DNA from: Shigella phage JK32 | Strand: one strand, 5' to 3' | DNA length: 64,000 bases | Sequence record: MK962753.1 | Shown here: positions 9,020 to 17,450 of the stretch, in pieces | Position numbering within the stretch: the first letter of the stretch is position 1 | Layout of the letters: every line of letters starts with the position of its first letter | Translations under genes and position numbers: made by a program | The notes under the pieces: generated by a model | What the model was told of the DNA's origin: nothing | Database searches by the model: none | Seen by the model: only the letters and a program-made list of their open reading frames with translations

Positions 9020-9493
9020 CTATCTTAATCTTTGTATAAATTGTTTCTTATACTTCTTCGTGATCTCTTCTCTTGTATCCGCGTCGCAGTAATCGAAACC
9101 TTCTGCGTCCATAATAGCAACCATCTCCGCGCGTGTCAAGCGTGAAAATCGTTTTACTTTATCAACAGCATATTGAGGATGTAAATGATTGTTGGTGTAG
9201 TCTCCTTTGATGTAATTAACATAGTTTGTAGCCCAAACAACGAAATCAGCACCTAAAGCACCAACACCAAACCGTTTAAAGTCTCCAGTCAACGATCCTT
9301 CTAGGCGGTTGCAACACGAATGAAGCAATCCCCTTACGCGGCCTTGCCCTTTCCCATCTAGATCGTGGTCGTGGTCAAGATGGTTTTTGCTCATATCCTC
9401 AAAAAGTGGCAATTGACAAAGGGGGCAATTGCCCCCCTGTTTTTCGAATAGTTCTTGTTTGTACTCTTTAGCACTCTTAGCAGTCAGTAACAT
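9020..9493 (-). CDS. 49: Recombination endonuclease VII (Holliday junction resolvase)
   Basis: MLLTAKSAKEYKQ...NHLDHDHDLDG...VRGLLHSCCN matches recalled T4 endo VII; start taken at MLLT after a GGAGGG Shine-Dalgarno. Confidence 0.85.
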   Translation of the reverse strand: MLLTAKSAKEYKQELFEKQGGNCPLCQLPLFEDMSKNHLDHDHDLDGKGQGRVRGLLHSCCNRLEGSLTGDFKRFGVGALGADFVVWATNYVNYIKGDYTNNHLHPQYAVDKVKRFSRLTRAEMVAIMDAEGFDYCDADTREEITKKYKKQFIQRLR

Positions 9494-9517
9494 AAATTCA
9501 CCCTCCAAAGAAGGTAT

Positions 9518-9799
9518 TTAACCATTAATCTTGTTTTTGACTACAAAGGATCGGAACTCATCAAAACCACCGATATAATCACCATTATAGAAAATCTGCG
9601 GCATGGTGGCAATAACTTCTACCCCTGCGCGATCCTGAATGTCGGCAATGATAGAATCAATCTTTACCGGACGACCGTTTTCGTCCACACCATCATTAAC
9701 CGGAATGTAGATGTAAGGGATCTTACGCGCTTCACAAAGGCGCTTTGCATTCTGGCAATACTTACAGTTGTAACCTTCAAAACCAAAAATTTCTACCAT
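9518..9799 (-). CDS. Glutaredoxin (NrdC/NrdH-like)
   Basis: MVEIFGFEGYNCKYCQNAKRL with CxxC; 93 aa; start after GAGGT Shine-Dalgarno. Confidence 0.75.
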   Translation of the reverse strand: MVEIFGFEGYNCKYCQNAKRLCEARKIPYIYIPVNDGVDENGRPVKIDSIIADIQDRAGVEVIATMPQIFYNGDYIGGFDEFRSFVVKNKING

Positions 9800-9807
9800 G
9801 TTATACC

Positions 9808-10620
9808 TCAATCTACGTTAGTTACATAAACTTCTTGTGTATCAGAAGACTTGCCACCTGAACGATCTAGACAATAGGTCTTATTCAACAGGACGCAGTT
9901 TAGATCATTCCGCTTGATAAAGTCAAGAAGATGATCATTTACCTTTCCCTTATGATGTGTGACATTACTGATACCAAACTGAAAACCACGCGCCATAATA
10001 GATTCTACCCACTGATAGAATTTAATCTCTTCCTCGTCACTCCAGAACTTATTATATTCCGCAGAAGTGATAAGGTACGGCGGGTCCAAATAAACGAAAT
10101 CACCTGGCAAGATCTCGATCTCGTCATATCGTCCAGAAGTAAAATTGATTCGACCGTCTTTGTTTTCATACTTAAAATTCAGGACACGCTCTACCGCGTT
10201 TTCGTTAAAAGTCCGGCGACCAAAATTAGCATTAAATTCACCCTTCCGGTTATGTCGGTTAATGTTGCTAAAACTGTGCTGAATCAGAACAAACAGAGAT
10301 AGCGGATCTGGATTCTCGTTATACTTCTTGCGGAATGCCATATAAGAATCTTTATCATCACGAGACAGACCATTCTCGGCAATAATACGCTTGATTGTCG
10401 AAACCGGATCAGGACACTCGTCAATCGCTTTGTAAGCGTCAATTAAGCGGTGATCATAGTCATTAGCCAGCACATCACCTTCAACATACAGAGACACGCT
10501 CAAACCGCCACAAAAGGCATCGACAAAGCGGTTATAGTGCTTAGGGAAATACTTACTGACACCAGGCAATAACTTTTCCTTATTGCCAGTATAGGGAATT
10601 AAACCTAATGCTTTCTTCAT
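9808..10620 (-). CDS. dam: DNA adenine methyltransferase
   Basis: YTGNK, FCGGLSVSL and DPPY motifs; collinear with recalled T4 Dam. Confidence 0.9.
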   Translation of the reverse strand: MKKALGLIPYTGNKEKLLPGVSKYFPKHYNRFVDAFCGGLSVSLYVEGDVLANDYDHRLIDAYKAIDECPDPVSTIKRIIAENGLSRDDKDSYMAFRKKYNENPDPLSLFVLIQHSFSNINRHNRKGEFNANFGRRTFNENAVERVLNFKYENKDGRINFTSGRYDEIEILPGDFVYLDPPYLITSAEYNKFWSDEEEIKFYQWVESIMARGFQFGISNVTHHKGKVNDHLLDFIKRNDLNCVLLNKTYCLDRSGGKSSDTQEVYVTNVD

Positions 10621-11051
10621 TATCCCTTCCTCAAATAAGTTCTTTCGGTTTCTACCAGTTCGAAAAATTCATCCCAATCACACGGAAAGTTGCAGTTTCC
10701 AAAATGGTCTTCGTTATAGAGTTCTTTACCGGATGGCAGCTTAATATCTGTTACAGTATACCAACCGCAACAATCGCAATCACCCTCAGCAACAGAAACC
10801 TTCGTAGGAATTTGCATCATTGCCAGATAGGTCGGTACGTCAGACTGTTCAAAGATCATGTAACCTTCATGGTCAAACGAGACAAAATTGTCATCACCCA
10901 AAAAAGGAATGTAATGGTCATAATCGGTTACAGGTTGACCGTGCAATTCCCACTCTACAATTTTAACATTACCGCTAAACTTGATACCCATAATTTCAAC
11001 AAGAAAATGAGTATCGTCAATGTAAATCTTACTAGGGGTTGGATAAACCAT
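10620..11051 (-). CDS. Hypothetical protein
   Basis: ORF track; Cys cluster CDCCGW and CNFPC. Confidence 0.5.
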   Translation of the reverse strand: MVYPTPSKIYIDDTHFLVEIMGIKFSGNVKIVEWELHGQPVTDYDHYIPFLGDDNFVSFDHEGYMIFEQSDVPTYLAMMQIPTKVSVAEGDCDCCGWYTVTDIKLPSGKELYNEDHFGNCNFPCDWDEFFELVETERTYLRKG

Positions 11052-11061
11052 TATATAATCC

Positions 11062-11358
11062 TCATATATCAGAGAATAGAATCTCTGTTAGCTTCACTGA
11101 CTGCTCTCTGAATGTTAGCGTATACTCGAAAGGAAAGTCAACACCTAATTTCAGAAGAGAATAGCCTACCGCCTCTTTATGCTTATCGGTTAGGGCAATC
11201 CTAACCAATTCCCGTTGAATCTCTTTAGGCGGTGAATGGATAGTAACACGGGTATCATGCAATGTCCAGTCACCATTTCGAATTAAGATTAACGGTTTAT
11301 CATCATTGAAGATCACCGACCCCTTTCCGGTCGGTGAGTGTTTTATACTAATCATCAA
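11062..11358 (-). CDS. Hypothetical protein
   Basis: ORF track, early-strand orientation. Confidence 0.45.
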   Translation of the reverse strand: MMISIKHSPTGKGSVIFNDDKPLILIRNGDWTLHDTRVTIHSPPKEIQRELVRIALTDKHKEAVGYSLLKLGVDFPFEYTLTFREQSVKLTEILFSDI

Positions 11359-11569
11359 ATTCTAAGAAATATTCTGGAACGATATACCCGTTAAAGTCAT
11401 TGCACTTATAAAAATGTGGTGCATTCAATGCTGGATGAGCGTTTGTAAACCGCACGTCAGCCAGAAACAGAACGTAATTAACAGGTCTGATACCGACAGA
11501 ATCAGGATCTAATCCCTTTTCTCTCAGTTCAGCCAGCGTTAAAACTCGTCCAGATCGTAACTTAGCCAT
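11348..11569 (-). CDS. Hypothetical protein
   Basis: ORF track, overlapping start/stop with neighbours. Confidence 0.45.
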   Translation of the reverse strand: MAKLRSGRVLTLAELREKGLDPDSVGIRPVNYVLFLADVRFTNAHPALNAPHFYKCNDFNGYIVPEYFLEFDD

Positions 11570-11855
11570 GATTTACCCCCAATTCATCAAGATTATGTCG
11601 CAGCATTTCAGAGTATTTTTCTACTTCCTTGATCTTAGTGTGGATCTCCACGATCTCATCTTCACTATCAGAAAGTTTAATGGCAATAGGGGTGCTGCTT
11701 TTACCCGCCTTGATCGCTTCTTTCAGTTCAACCAACATGTCCGCGTGTTTCAATAGTAATTCTTCACGTCGAACATAAGCGACGGTCAAAGCCTCATCAG
11801 CGATTTCTAAAGCATTTTCAGCGACACCAACAACCATTTTACGAGTAGACAGCAT
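11562..11855 (-). CDS. Hypothetical protein
   Basis: ORF track. Confidence 0.45.
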   Translation of the reverse strand: MLSTRKMVVGVAENALEIADEALTVAYVRREELLLKHADMLVELKEAIKAGKSSTPIAIKLSDSEDEIVEIHTKIKEVEKYSEMLRHNLDELGVNHG

Positions 11856-11869
11856 AAATTCACCTCACA

Positions 11870-12214
11870 TTATTTCACGTTAACGCCGTCATCAATCCAG
11901 CCGACGCTATTTGGTTTAACAGTTTTACCATAGGATGCATACTTAATCAAGCATGGTTTAACATCATTATCAAATCTTCCTAAACGTACTCCAAAATCAG
12001 GAATATCCATGTATGCGGCTTTATATCCCCATGTGCCATATTCAGAATCAATCTCAACCGGACGGCCTTTAAAAGCATACACTACACCGTGACGGTCAAC
12101 GATAACATAGCAATAGCCAGCCGGAAGATACACAGTTTCGCCGTAAACTTTAACTGGAGTAGCAGAAGAGATAAACATAATATAATCCTCACATCGTTCA
12201 TTTGATGCGGTCAT
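11870..12214 (-). CDS. Hypothetical protein
   Basis: ORF track; own promoter upstream. Confidence 0.5.
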   Translation of the reverse strand: MTASNERCEDYIMFISSATPVKVYGETVYLPAGYCYVIVDRHGVVYAFKGRPVEIDSEYGTWGYKAAYMDIPDFGVRLGRFDNDVKPCLIKYASYGKTVKPNSVGWIDDGVNVK

Positions 12215-12241
12215 TATATGATAACCGCATTTTCATGTCAA
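12213..12241 (-). promoter_or_regulatory. Sigma70-type early promoter (TTGACA-17-TATAAT)
   Basis: Reverse strand TTGACA tgaaaatgcggttatca TATAAT. Confidence 0.6.
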
Positions 12242-12247
12242 CAGTTT

Positions 12248-12622
12248 TTAAAAATCTTCTTCCGGTTTATATCGACCGTCATCGACTGGTTTTGGACTGA
12301 ATCCGGTATGTGTTCGCGGTTTAGCTTCCGGTTTGCCAGCAATCATCAAACCAAAACATTTCAATCCTTTATAGCACATAACAATATTAACCACTGTCCA
12401 CGTTATAGGCCATACGATTGCAGCAATACAAAATGCTCCTGTATCGACCTCTTTGGTGTCCTTGTCGAATCTGGCGTACAAGCAGAATACTAGATACGAG
12501 ATCATTGCACCCGTAGGCCAGATATAAAGCACATTAACAATATCTTGTGTTGTCACGTTATCCTCCTTACATGTCTTGCAGTGCATAAAAGCATTTTTCT
12601 TCGTAGTCATAGAAAATGTCAA
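12248..12622 (-). CDS. Hypothetical membrane protein; start uncertain (possibly GTG at 12556)
   Basis: Hydrophobic segments; track ORF overlaps upstream ORF by 56 nt. Confidence 0.4.
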   Translation of the reverse strand: MTFSMTTKKNAFMHCKTCKEDNVTTQDIVNVLYIWPTGAMISYLVFCLYARFDKDTKEVDTGAFCIAAIVWPITWTVVNIVMCYKGLKCFGLMIAGKPEAKPRTHTGFSPKPVDDGRYKPEEDF

Positions 12623-12845
12623 AGTATGCTTTTTCTACATACTCGCCATTGATCCAAGCGGCAGTAACAATCAGAGTGGTCCAGTTAGATCCGCTCTCAA
12701 CGGTAAAGGTTTTAATACCCAGCTTCGCTGCTAAGTCGAACGCAAACCGGACGCAACCACGGCAGGAAGTGATATTGGAAGTTTTGATTTTAAAGCCACC
12801 GCGAGTTTTAGAAATTTCTACTTTAGCGAAAGACAGGTTGCTCAT
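12567..12845 (-). CDS. Hypothetical protein
   Basis: ORF track; ATG directly after GGAGAATCAAA leader. Confidence 0.55.
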   Translation of the reverse strand: MSNLSFAKVEISKTRGGFKIKTSNITSCRGCVRFAFDLAAKLGIKTFTVESGSNWTTLIVTAAWINGEYVEKAYFDIFYDYEEKCFYALQDM

Positions 12846-12887
12846 TTTGATTCTCCTTAAGAAAGTGTGTTTCGTTTTGATGTGTGT

Positions 12888-12916
12888 AGTATAGGGGATC
12901 GGTGATCCCCTGTCAA
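12888..12916 (-). promoter_or_regulatory. Sigma70-type early promoter (TTGACA-17-TATACT) with hairpin in spacer
   Basis: Reverse strand TTGACA ggggatcaccgatcccc TATACT. Confidence 0.55.
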
Positions 12917-12925
12917 CAACTTTTT

Positions 12926-13255
12926 TTATGAGTTTAGTGAATTAACTACTACATCAAAATGATGTACAGAGTACACCTTATTAAACACATACTCATCGTG
13001 TTTAGGAATAGCCCCTAATCGCTCTATTTCGCTCGCTAACACGATAAACCGTTTATCCGGTGCATTTACCTTATATGCTTCAACAACGCACGGGAAACGC
13101 GTTTCAGAGAGTTCTGGATAGTTTTCTGAATCCATCAGGACAATGAATACCCTGTTACATTGATTGTAGAATCCTGTTTTTGATTTCATCAAGTTTTCTT
13201 CTCTGTACAATTCGTGCAATCTTCCTTTCATGATTTCGTTGGTTCTTGTCTTCAC
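12926..13255 (-). CDS. Hypothetical protein; start uncertain
   Basis: ORF track; overlaps 13155-13496 in another frame. Confidence 0.4.
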   Translation of the reverse strand: MKTRTNEIMKGRLHELYREENLMKSKTGFYNQCNRVFIVLMDSENYPELSETRFPCVVEAYKVNAPDKRFIVLASEIERLGAIPKHDEYVFNKVYSVHHFDVVVNSLNS

Positions 13256-13496
13256 AGTTTACCCACTCAACAAGATCTTTACCTAACTCGAAAGCCCATT
13301 CTCGGTCTTGCTTTACGTTTTGTAGGTATGGACTTTCTGACACTCTACGAAGTGATGTTGTCGTAACAAGAATGATCCCCGGAATGGTCGGATGTTCCTT
13401 TCCATATACAATAGGACGCGAGTCACTATCAATACCTTGTAAGAAGGTGTATCCTGAATCACTTAGAATCATATACTTTTTCATTTCACACATCAC
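13155..13496 (-). CDS. Hypothetical protein
   Basis: ORF track. Confidence 0.45.
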   Translation of the reverse strand: MMCEMKKYMILSDSGYTFLQGIDSDSRPIVYGKEHPTIPGIILVTTTSLRRVSESPYLQNVKQDREWAFELGKDLVEWVNCEDKNQRNHERKIARIVQRRKLDEIKNRILQSM

Positions 13497-13750
13497 AGTT
13501 TCCTCAACCAGTTATTAAAGCGAGCAAACCATGATGCTTTTCGTGCTTCTTTTACTTTATGTGCACGTAAACTACTGAAACACCATTCATAATCATCACT
13601 GAAACATGATTCAACAGGAACACCCGCATTTCGTAGTTCTCTGGTCTTTATCATGAATCCTTGACATAAGGGGCGACCTTCAACAATGATAGGAAGTTTA
13701 ACTTTTTCCATGAAAGTATACCCAGCACGGTCAATAATTTCAATTTTCAT
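13493..13750 (-). CDS. Hypothetical protein
   Basis: ORF track; 4-nt overlap coupling. Confidence 0.45.
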   Translation of the reverse strand: MKIEIIDRAGYTFMEKVKLPIIVEGRPLCQGFMIKTRELRNAGVPVESCFSDDYEWCFSSLRAHKVKEARKASWFARFNNWLRKL

Positions 13751-13995
13751 TTTACATTATCTCCATAGATCTTTCCATCAATATCAATTTCACCAGCGCG
13801 AACATCTAGGATAAGATGCGGTAGGTGTATGCAGTTTTCCCACCCTACGCGCTTCATTTCTGAAACAGTGACGTAAGCCCACCCGTTCGCTGTAATAAAG
13901 TCTACTTCAACCTTGAGAGGAAAGCAAGACTTTTCTATGTCTTCGAATCCGATAATGTGTTTTGTCGTTGAATATGGAATATATCCGATGATCAT
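13747..13995 (-). CDS. Hypothetical protein
   Basis: ORF track; 4-nt overlap coupling. Confidence 0.45.
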   Translation of the reverse strand: MIIGYIPYSTTKHIIGFEDIEKSCFPLKVEVDFITANGWAYVTVSEMKRVGWENCIHLPHLILDVRAGEIDIDGKIYGDNVK

Positions 13996-14453
13996 TTTGT
14001 GATCTCCTTATACTCAACACACCATAAGCGGGTAGCCCATGATAAACGCTCATAACGCTGGCAGAAATCGGACCATAGATATTGTGTACCGTCTTGCATG
14101 GTTGAAATATGCGTTTTCTCACCTACTTTCACGAAAGAAGTATTCGATTTTGTGATCTCGACCGGAGTATATCCGAAAGCTGGTTCCAAGTCAACATCTG
14201 AACTAAATGCTAATTTAACAGAATTTGTTTTTCTGACCGCTGTCCGGTTTCCTTCTGGGTATAGCACAGCAGGTTTAGCGCCTAAGCGGATAAACTCAGT
14301 GTTTTTAATGAACAGAATATCATGATAACCGTCATATTCCGACACTTCCATAGTAACAGGAAAATCGACATGTTCTAAACCTGGTAGATCTCGCATATCA
14401 TGAAATGTAGCCATCAACTTTTTCATCTTGTATTCCTCACTCTTCTGTTTCAT
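13992..14453 (-). CDS. Hypothetical protein
   Basis: ORF track 153 aa. Confidence 0.5.
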   Translation of the reverse strand: MKQKSEEYKMKKLMATFHDMRDLPGLEHVDFPVTMEVSEYDGYHDILFIKNTEFIRLGAKPAVLYPEGNRTAVRKTNSVKLAFSSDVDLEPAFGYTPVEITKSNTSFVKVGEKTHISTMQDGTQYLWSDFCQRYERLSWATRLWCVEYKEITK

Positions 14454-14673
14454 TTCTTTTATATGGTACTATAACAGGATTAATACAGCAAGCACCAATT
14501 ACGTTATGAGCACCACAATTTAAGCATTTATAATCATGGAACTTATTAAGGAATCGACCAAACTCATAACCGACTAGCGCCGCATGTACTTGAGTCTCGA
14601 TCTCATCCATATCAGCCAATGTTTTAACCTTCATAGTATAATCCTCAAACGGTAGTTTTGCGAAGATGGTCAT
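14437..14673 (-). CDS. Hypothetical Cys-rich protein
   Basis: CLNCGAHNVIGACC cluster. Confidence 0.45.
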   Translation of the reverse strand: MTIFAKLPFEDYTMKVKTLADMDEIETQVHAALVGYEFGRFLNKFHDYKCLNCGAHNVIGACCINPVIVPYKRNETEE

Positions 14674-14935
14674 TACATGCTTTTAATGCATCAGTCGCGG
14701 TGTCATAGCGAGTATTATCATAGCACCAGTAACCATCGGTCAACTGATAAATCAATCCATCCCTTTTAGCTTCGATGAAAGATAACTCTTTGAAAGTTTC
14801 TACTTTCTTTGCTGATACTCCACGGTCACGGCGCTTATAGAGTTTAGCTAAAATGCGTTCAGCTTGTTCCTCTTTATCACCAGACAGATCCCAAATAATG
14901 TTGCGGATATGTTTGATTAATTGTTCAGTGGTCAT
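14645..14935 (-). CDS. Hypothetical protein
   Basis: ORF track; ATG after conserved leader. Confidence 0.5.
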   Translation of the reverse strand: MTTEQLIKHIRNIIWDLSGDKEEQAERILAKLYKRRDRGVSAKKVETFKELSFIEAKRDGLIYQLTDGYWCYDNTRYDTATDALKACNDHLRKTTV

Positions 14936-14964
14936 CTTTGATTCTCCTTAGTTGGTATGTGTGC

Positions 14965-14992
14965 ATTATAGCACTATGATTTTCATTGTCAA
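14965..14992 (-). promoter_or_regulatory. Sigma70-type early promoter (TTGACA-16-TATAAT)
   Basis: Reverse strand TTGACA atgaaaatcatagtgc TATAAT. Confidence 0.6.
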
Positions 14993-15002
14993 CAACTAAA
15001 AA

Positions 15003-15030
15003 CAAAAAAGGCTACCCCGAAGGATAGCCC
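15003..15030 (-). terminator. Rho-independent terminator after Gly-rich gene
   Basis: Hairpin ggctaccccgaaggatagcc with flanking A/T runs. Confidence 0.55.
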
Positions 15031-15036
15031 ATAAAA

Positions 15037-15816
15037 TTACACGCGAGCACCGTAGATCGTGCCTACTTTATCCCAGCGAGGGGCATTGCCAGTAACAGCC
15101 TTACCAGCCGCTCCGCCATTATATTCCGACCCCTGTCCACGGATATTACATTTACCACCAGCACCACCAGCATCACCACCGTTACCGCCATTATATACAC
15201 CGTTGACAGACCCCTTACCTGGCGCGGAAATAGTACCAGCAGTAGCACCCCGTTCCATATTAGCAGACCCACCGGCAGCACCAAATGGACGACCGCCACC
15301 TCCACCAAAAGTCAATTTCATTTGTGAAAAAGGAGAATAATACCCGCCGCCACCGCCGCCACCACCGCCGCAAATAGCGCCGTTATTTGTGATGCGTAAG
15401 CGTGTGCCTATACCGTTGTTAATTGCATTACCACCAGCACCACCAGCGGAGTTATTGCCACCATTACCACCACGCCCCCAAACATGAACACCTGCGTTAA
15501 TGATCAATGTTACATATTCGTTTGTTAACGAGCTAGGGAAGTCAAGACAAGGAACGCCAGTAGATTGGGAAACAATATTACCTGTGATAGTAATTACTAC
15601 CGGAGTAGATCCTTGTGCTTTCATCCAGTTAATAAGAGTGTCTTTATTGTAAGAGTTACTAGCGCCAATGCTATAATGAATCTCTTTAGAGCGTCCGACC
15701 ATCGCCGACATATACGCCGGACGACCTAAGCGAACAGCTTGCATTGCGGCGCTCATCCACCGTTGACCAGTCTCGGACACAGCCGATGATCCGACCCAAC
15801 CTGCTTTAATTGCCAT
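15037..15816 (-). CDS. Glycine-rich protein with poly-Gly tract
   Basis: 259 aa; GGNGG and GGAGG repeats and a G9 run; N-terminal beta-rich domain. Confidence 0.6.
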   Translation of the reverse strand: MAIKAGWVGSSAVSETGQRWMSAAMQAVRLGRPAYMSAMVGRSKEIHYSIGASNSYNKDTLINWMKAQGSTPVVITITGNIVSQSTGVPCLDFPSSLTNEYVTLIINAGVHVWGRGGNGGNNSAGGAGGNAINNGIGTRLRITNNGAICGGGGGGGGGYYSPFSQMKLTFGGGGGRPFGAAGGSANMERGATAGTISAPGKGSVNGVYNGGNGGDAGGAGGKCNIRGQGSEYNGGAAGKAVTGNAPRWDKVGTIYGARV

Positions 15817-15870
15817 AAAGTTTCCTCACAAGAAAAGCCCCAATTAAGGGGCATTGATTAATAATATTAC

Positions 15871-16092
15871 TTAGATGACCTCTGCTTCACCATTCAGGAA
15901 GAAAGACCATGTTTTGTTAGGATAGCGAAGCGCCCATGATTCAGCAGTTTTAACACCAGCTTCGAACAATTGACGGCTGGTTACTTTAGCCATACCATCT
16001 TCGATGGCAACGTTTTCAATAATCATCGGGTACTTAGCGCCACGCATGAAACCGAAGCCAGCGGAAGATTTGATAATTTTAACAGTTGCCAT
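15871..16092 (-). CDS. Hypothetical protein
   Basis: ORF track 73 aa; ATG after conserved leader. Confidence 0.5.
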   Translation of the reverse strand: MATVKIIKSSAGFGFMRGAKYPMIIENVAIEDGMAKVTSRQLFEAGVKTAESWALRYPNKTWSFFLNGEAEVI

Positions 16093-16133
16093 TTTTGATT
16101 CTCCTAGAAAGTGTATCTCGTTTCGATGGGTGT

Positions 16134-16162
16134 ATTATGCAATAACACCGGATCGCTGTCAA
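16134..16162 (-). promoter_or_regulatory. Sigma70-type early promoter (TTGACA-17-CATAAT)
   Basis: Reverse strand TTGACA gcgatccggtgttattg CATAAT plus conserved leader. Confidence 0.6.
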
Positions 16163-16180
16163 CACTTTCTAAGAAAAATT

Positions 16181-16465
16181 TTAAATTAATCGAATATAGC
16201 CCAGAATTTCAGCACTTTTAGCCAGTCCTAAAACTTCCCATTCAATGTCGCCGTAGTCATAATTTGCAACCATCAACTGACCATTTTTCATGCAGCATTC
16301 ATGAGAGAAAATTTGCCCCGCATAAACTACGATCGTAATAAACTTTCCTGATTCTGGCGGTATGGAAGACAAAGCGACCATATGACCATTCAATTTAGTC
16401 ACCAGTGATGGAACAATAAAATTCGGGCTTACCTGAATGTCGTTAAATTCGTTTGTGTCTTTCAT
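16181..16465 (-). CDS. Hypothetical protein
   Basis: ORF track. Confidence 0.45.
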   Translation of the reverse strand: MKDTNEFNDIQVSPNFIVPSLVTKLNGHMVALSSIPPESGKFITIVVYAGQIFSHECCMKNGQLMVANYDYGDIEWEVLGLAKSAEILGYIRLI

Positions 16466-16812
16466 GCCAGACCTCGCAAAACACTAATAGCATAATCATG
16501 CTGGTTATTCATAATATCAATTGCATTGTGATAACGAGCTAAACCGTCAAGGATAAATTCTTGTTTATCCTGTTTTAGCTTAGTATCACGCGCAGCCATA
16601 AGAGCATCGAGAACAGGTCCAAAGTGATTATCTAATTCATCTTCGGTTGCAATGTTTCCTATTGCCTCGTCGATCCGTGATTCTAATGCTTGCTTTTCGT
16701 TGATCACTTGCTGGGTATATTCCAACACATCAAGAATATCGCGGGTAACGTCGCCATGATAAGGTATTCCCGCATGAAGATGATCAATTAATCGCTGAAT
16801 ATCAATGTTCAA
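16462..16812 (-). CDS. Hypothetical protein
   Basis: ORF track. Confidence 0.45.
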   Translation of the reverse strand: MNIDIQRLIDHLHAGIPYHGDVTRDILDVLEYTQQVINEKQALESRIDEAIGNIATEDELDNHFGPVLDALMAARDTKLKQDKQEFILDGLARYHNAIDIMNNQHDYAISVLRGLA

Positions 16813-17147
16813 TTGTAACCCTCCTCTGAAAGCACATCCCAGATCGTTGCATCAAGGTGCATTAAATTCCACATAATAGAGTCATAACTACCGAAGCCAG
16901 AAGTAAAAATTACATCACACTGGCGATAGGTCTTATGAAAATCGGTGGCTGTATCTGCATCAATAGGCATATCGTCACCGGAAAGCACCAGACATTTAAG
17001 AATCATAACTCTGTTAGCCGTTGGCGCTTGCTTAGTCTTTTCAGCATATTTTTCGATGATCCGTTTTGCCTTTTCTTCTTTGATACGTCCAGACCAAATC
17101 CGGTTTCGGTATTGATTCATAATAATTTCAATCACATCATTTTGCAT
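16809..17147 (-). CDS. Hypothetical protein
   Basis: ORF track. Confidence 0.45.
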   Translation of the reverse strand: MQNDVIEIIMNQYRNRIWSGRIKEEKAKRIIEKYAEKTKQAPTANRVMILKCLVLSGDDMPIDADTATDFHKTYRQCDVIFTSGFGSYDSIMWNLMHLDATIWDVLSEEGYN

Positions 17148-17346
17148 TCTTCACGGTCTCCATAATTGTTTTGTAAGCCAGTTTAAGATGATCACCGAAA
17201 AACTTTGCAGTGTTACCCTTCGGATCGCGGAGCATGGTTTCTACGATCTCATCGGCAGTAACAATTTCTCCTTTCTTTGCTGCATGTCCTACCATATACT
17301 TCAAAGTTTCTTCGGAAGCAAGTGCTGCGGCTACTGGATTAATCAT
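17137..17346 (-). CDS. Hypothetical protein
   Basis: ORF track; ATG after conserved leader. Confidence 0.5.
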   Translation of the reverse strand: MINPVAAALASEETLKYMVGHAAKKGEIVTADEIVETMLRDPKGNTAKFFGDHLKLAYKTIMETVKNAK

Positions 17347-17375
17347 TTTGATTCTCCTTTGTTGTCGATGTGTGC

Positions 17376-17404
17376 ATTATGCTATACCCTATTCCGGTTG
17401 TCAA
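17376..17404 (-). promoter_or_regulatory. Sigma70-type early promoter (TTGACA-17-CATAAT)
   Basis: Reverse strand TTGACA accggaatagggtatag CATAAT. Confidence 0.6.
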
Positions 17405-17416
17405 CACCTAAAAACG

Positions 17417-17444
17417 AAAAAAGCCACCCTTTCGGATGGCTTTT
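17417..17444 (-). terminator. Rho-independent terminator
   Basis: Hairpin agccaccctttcggatggct flanked by A/T runs. Confidence 0.55.
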
Positions 17445-17450
17445 GATTAA

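Noticed and set aside
15063-15340. ORFs overlapping the Gly-rich gene in other frames (15059-15340 plus strand, 15063-15308 minus strand)
   Set aside because: Produced by the repetitive GC-rich codon tract; Pro/Ala-rich low-complexity translations.
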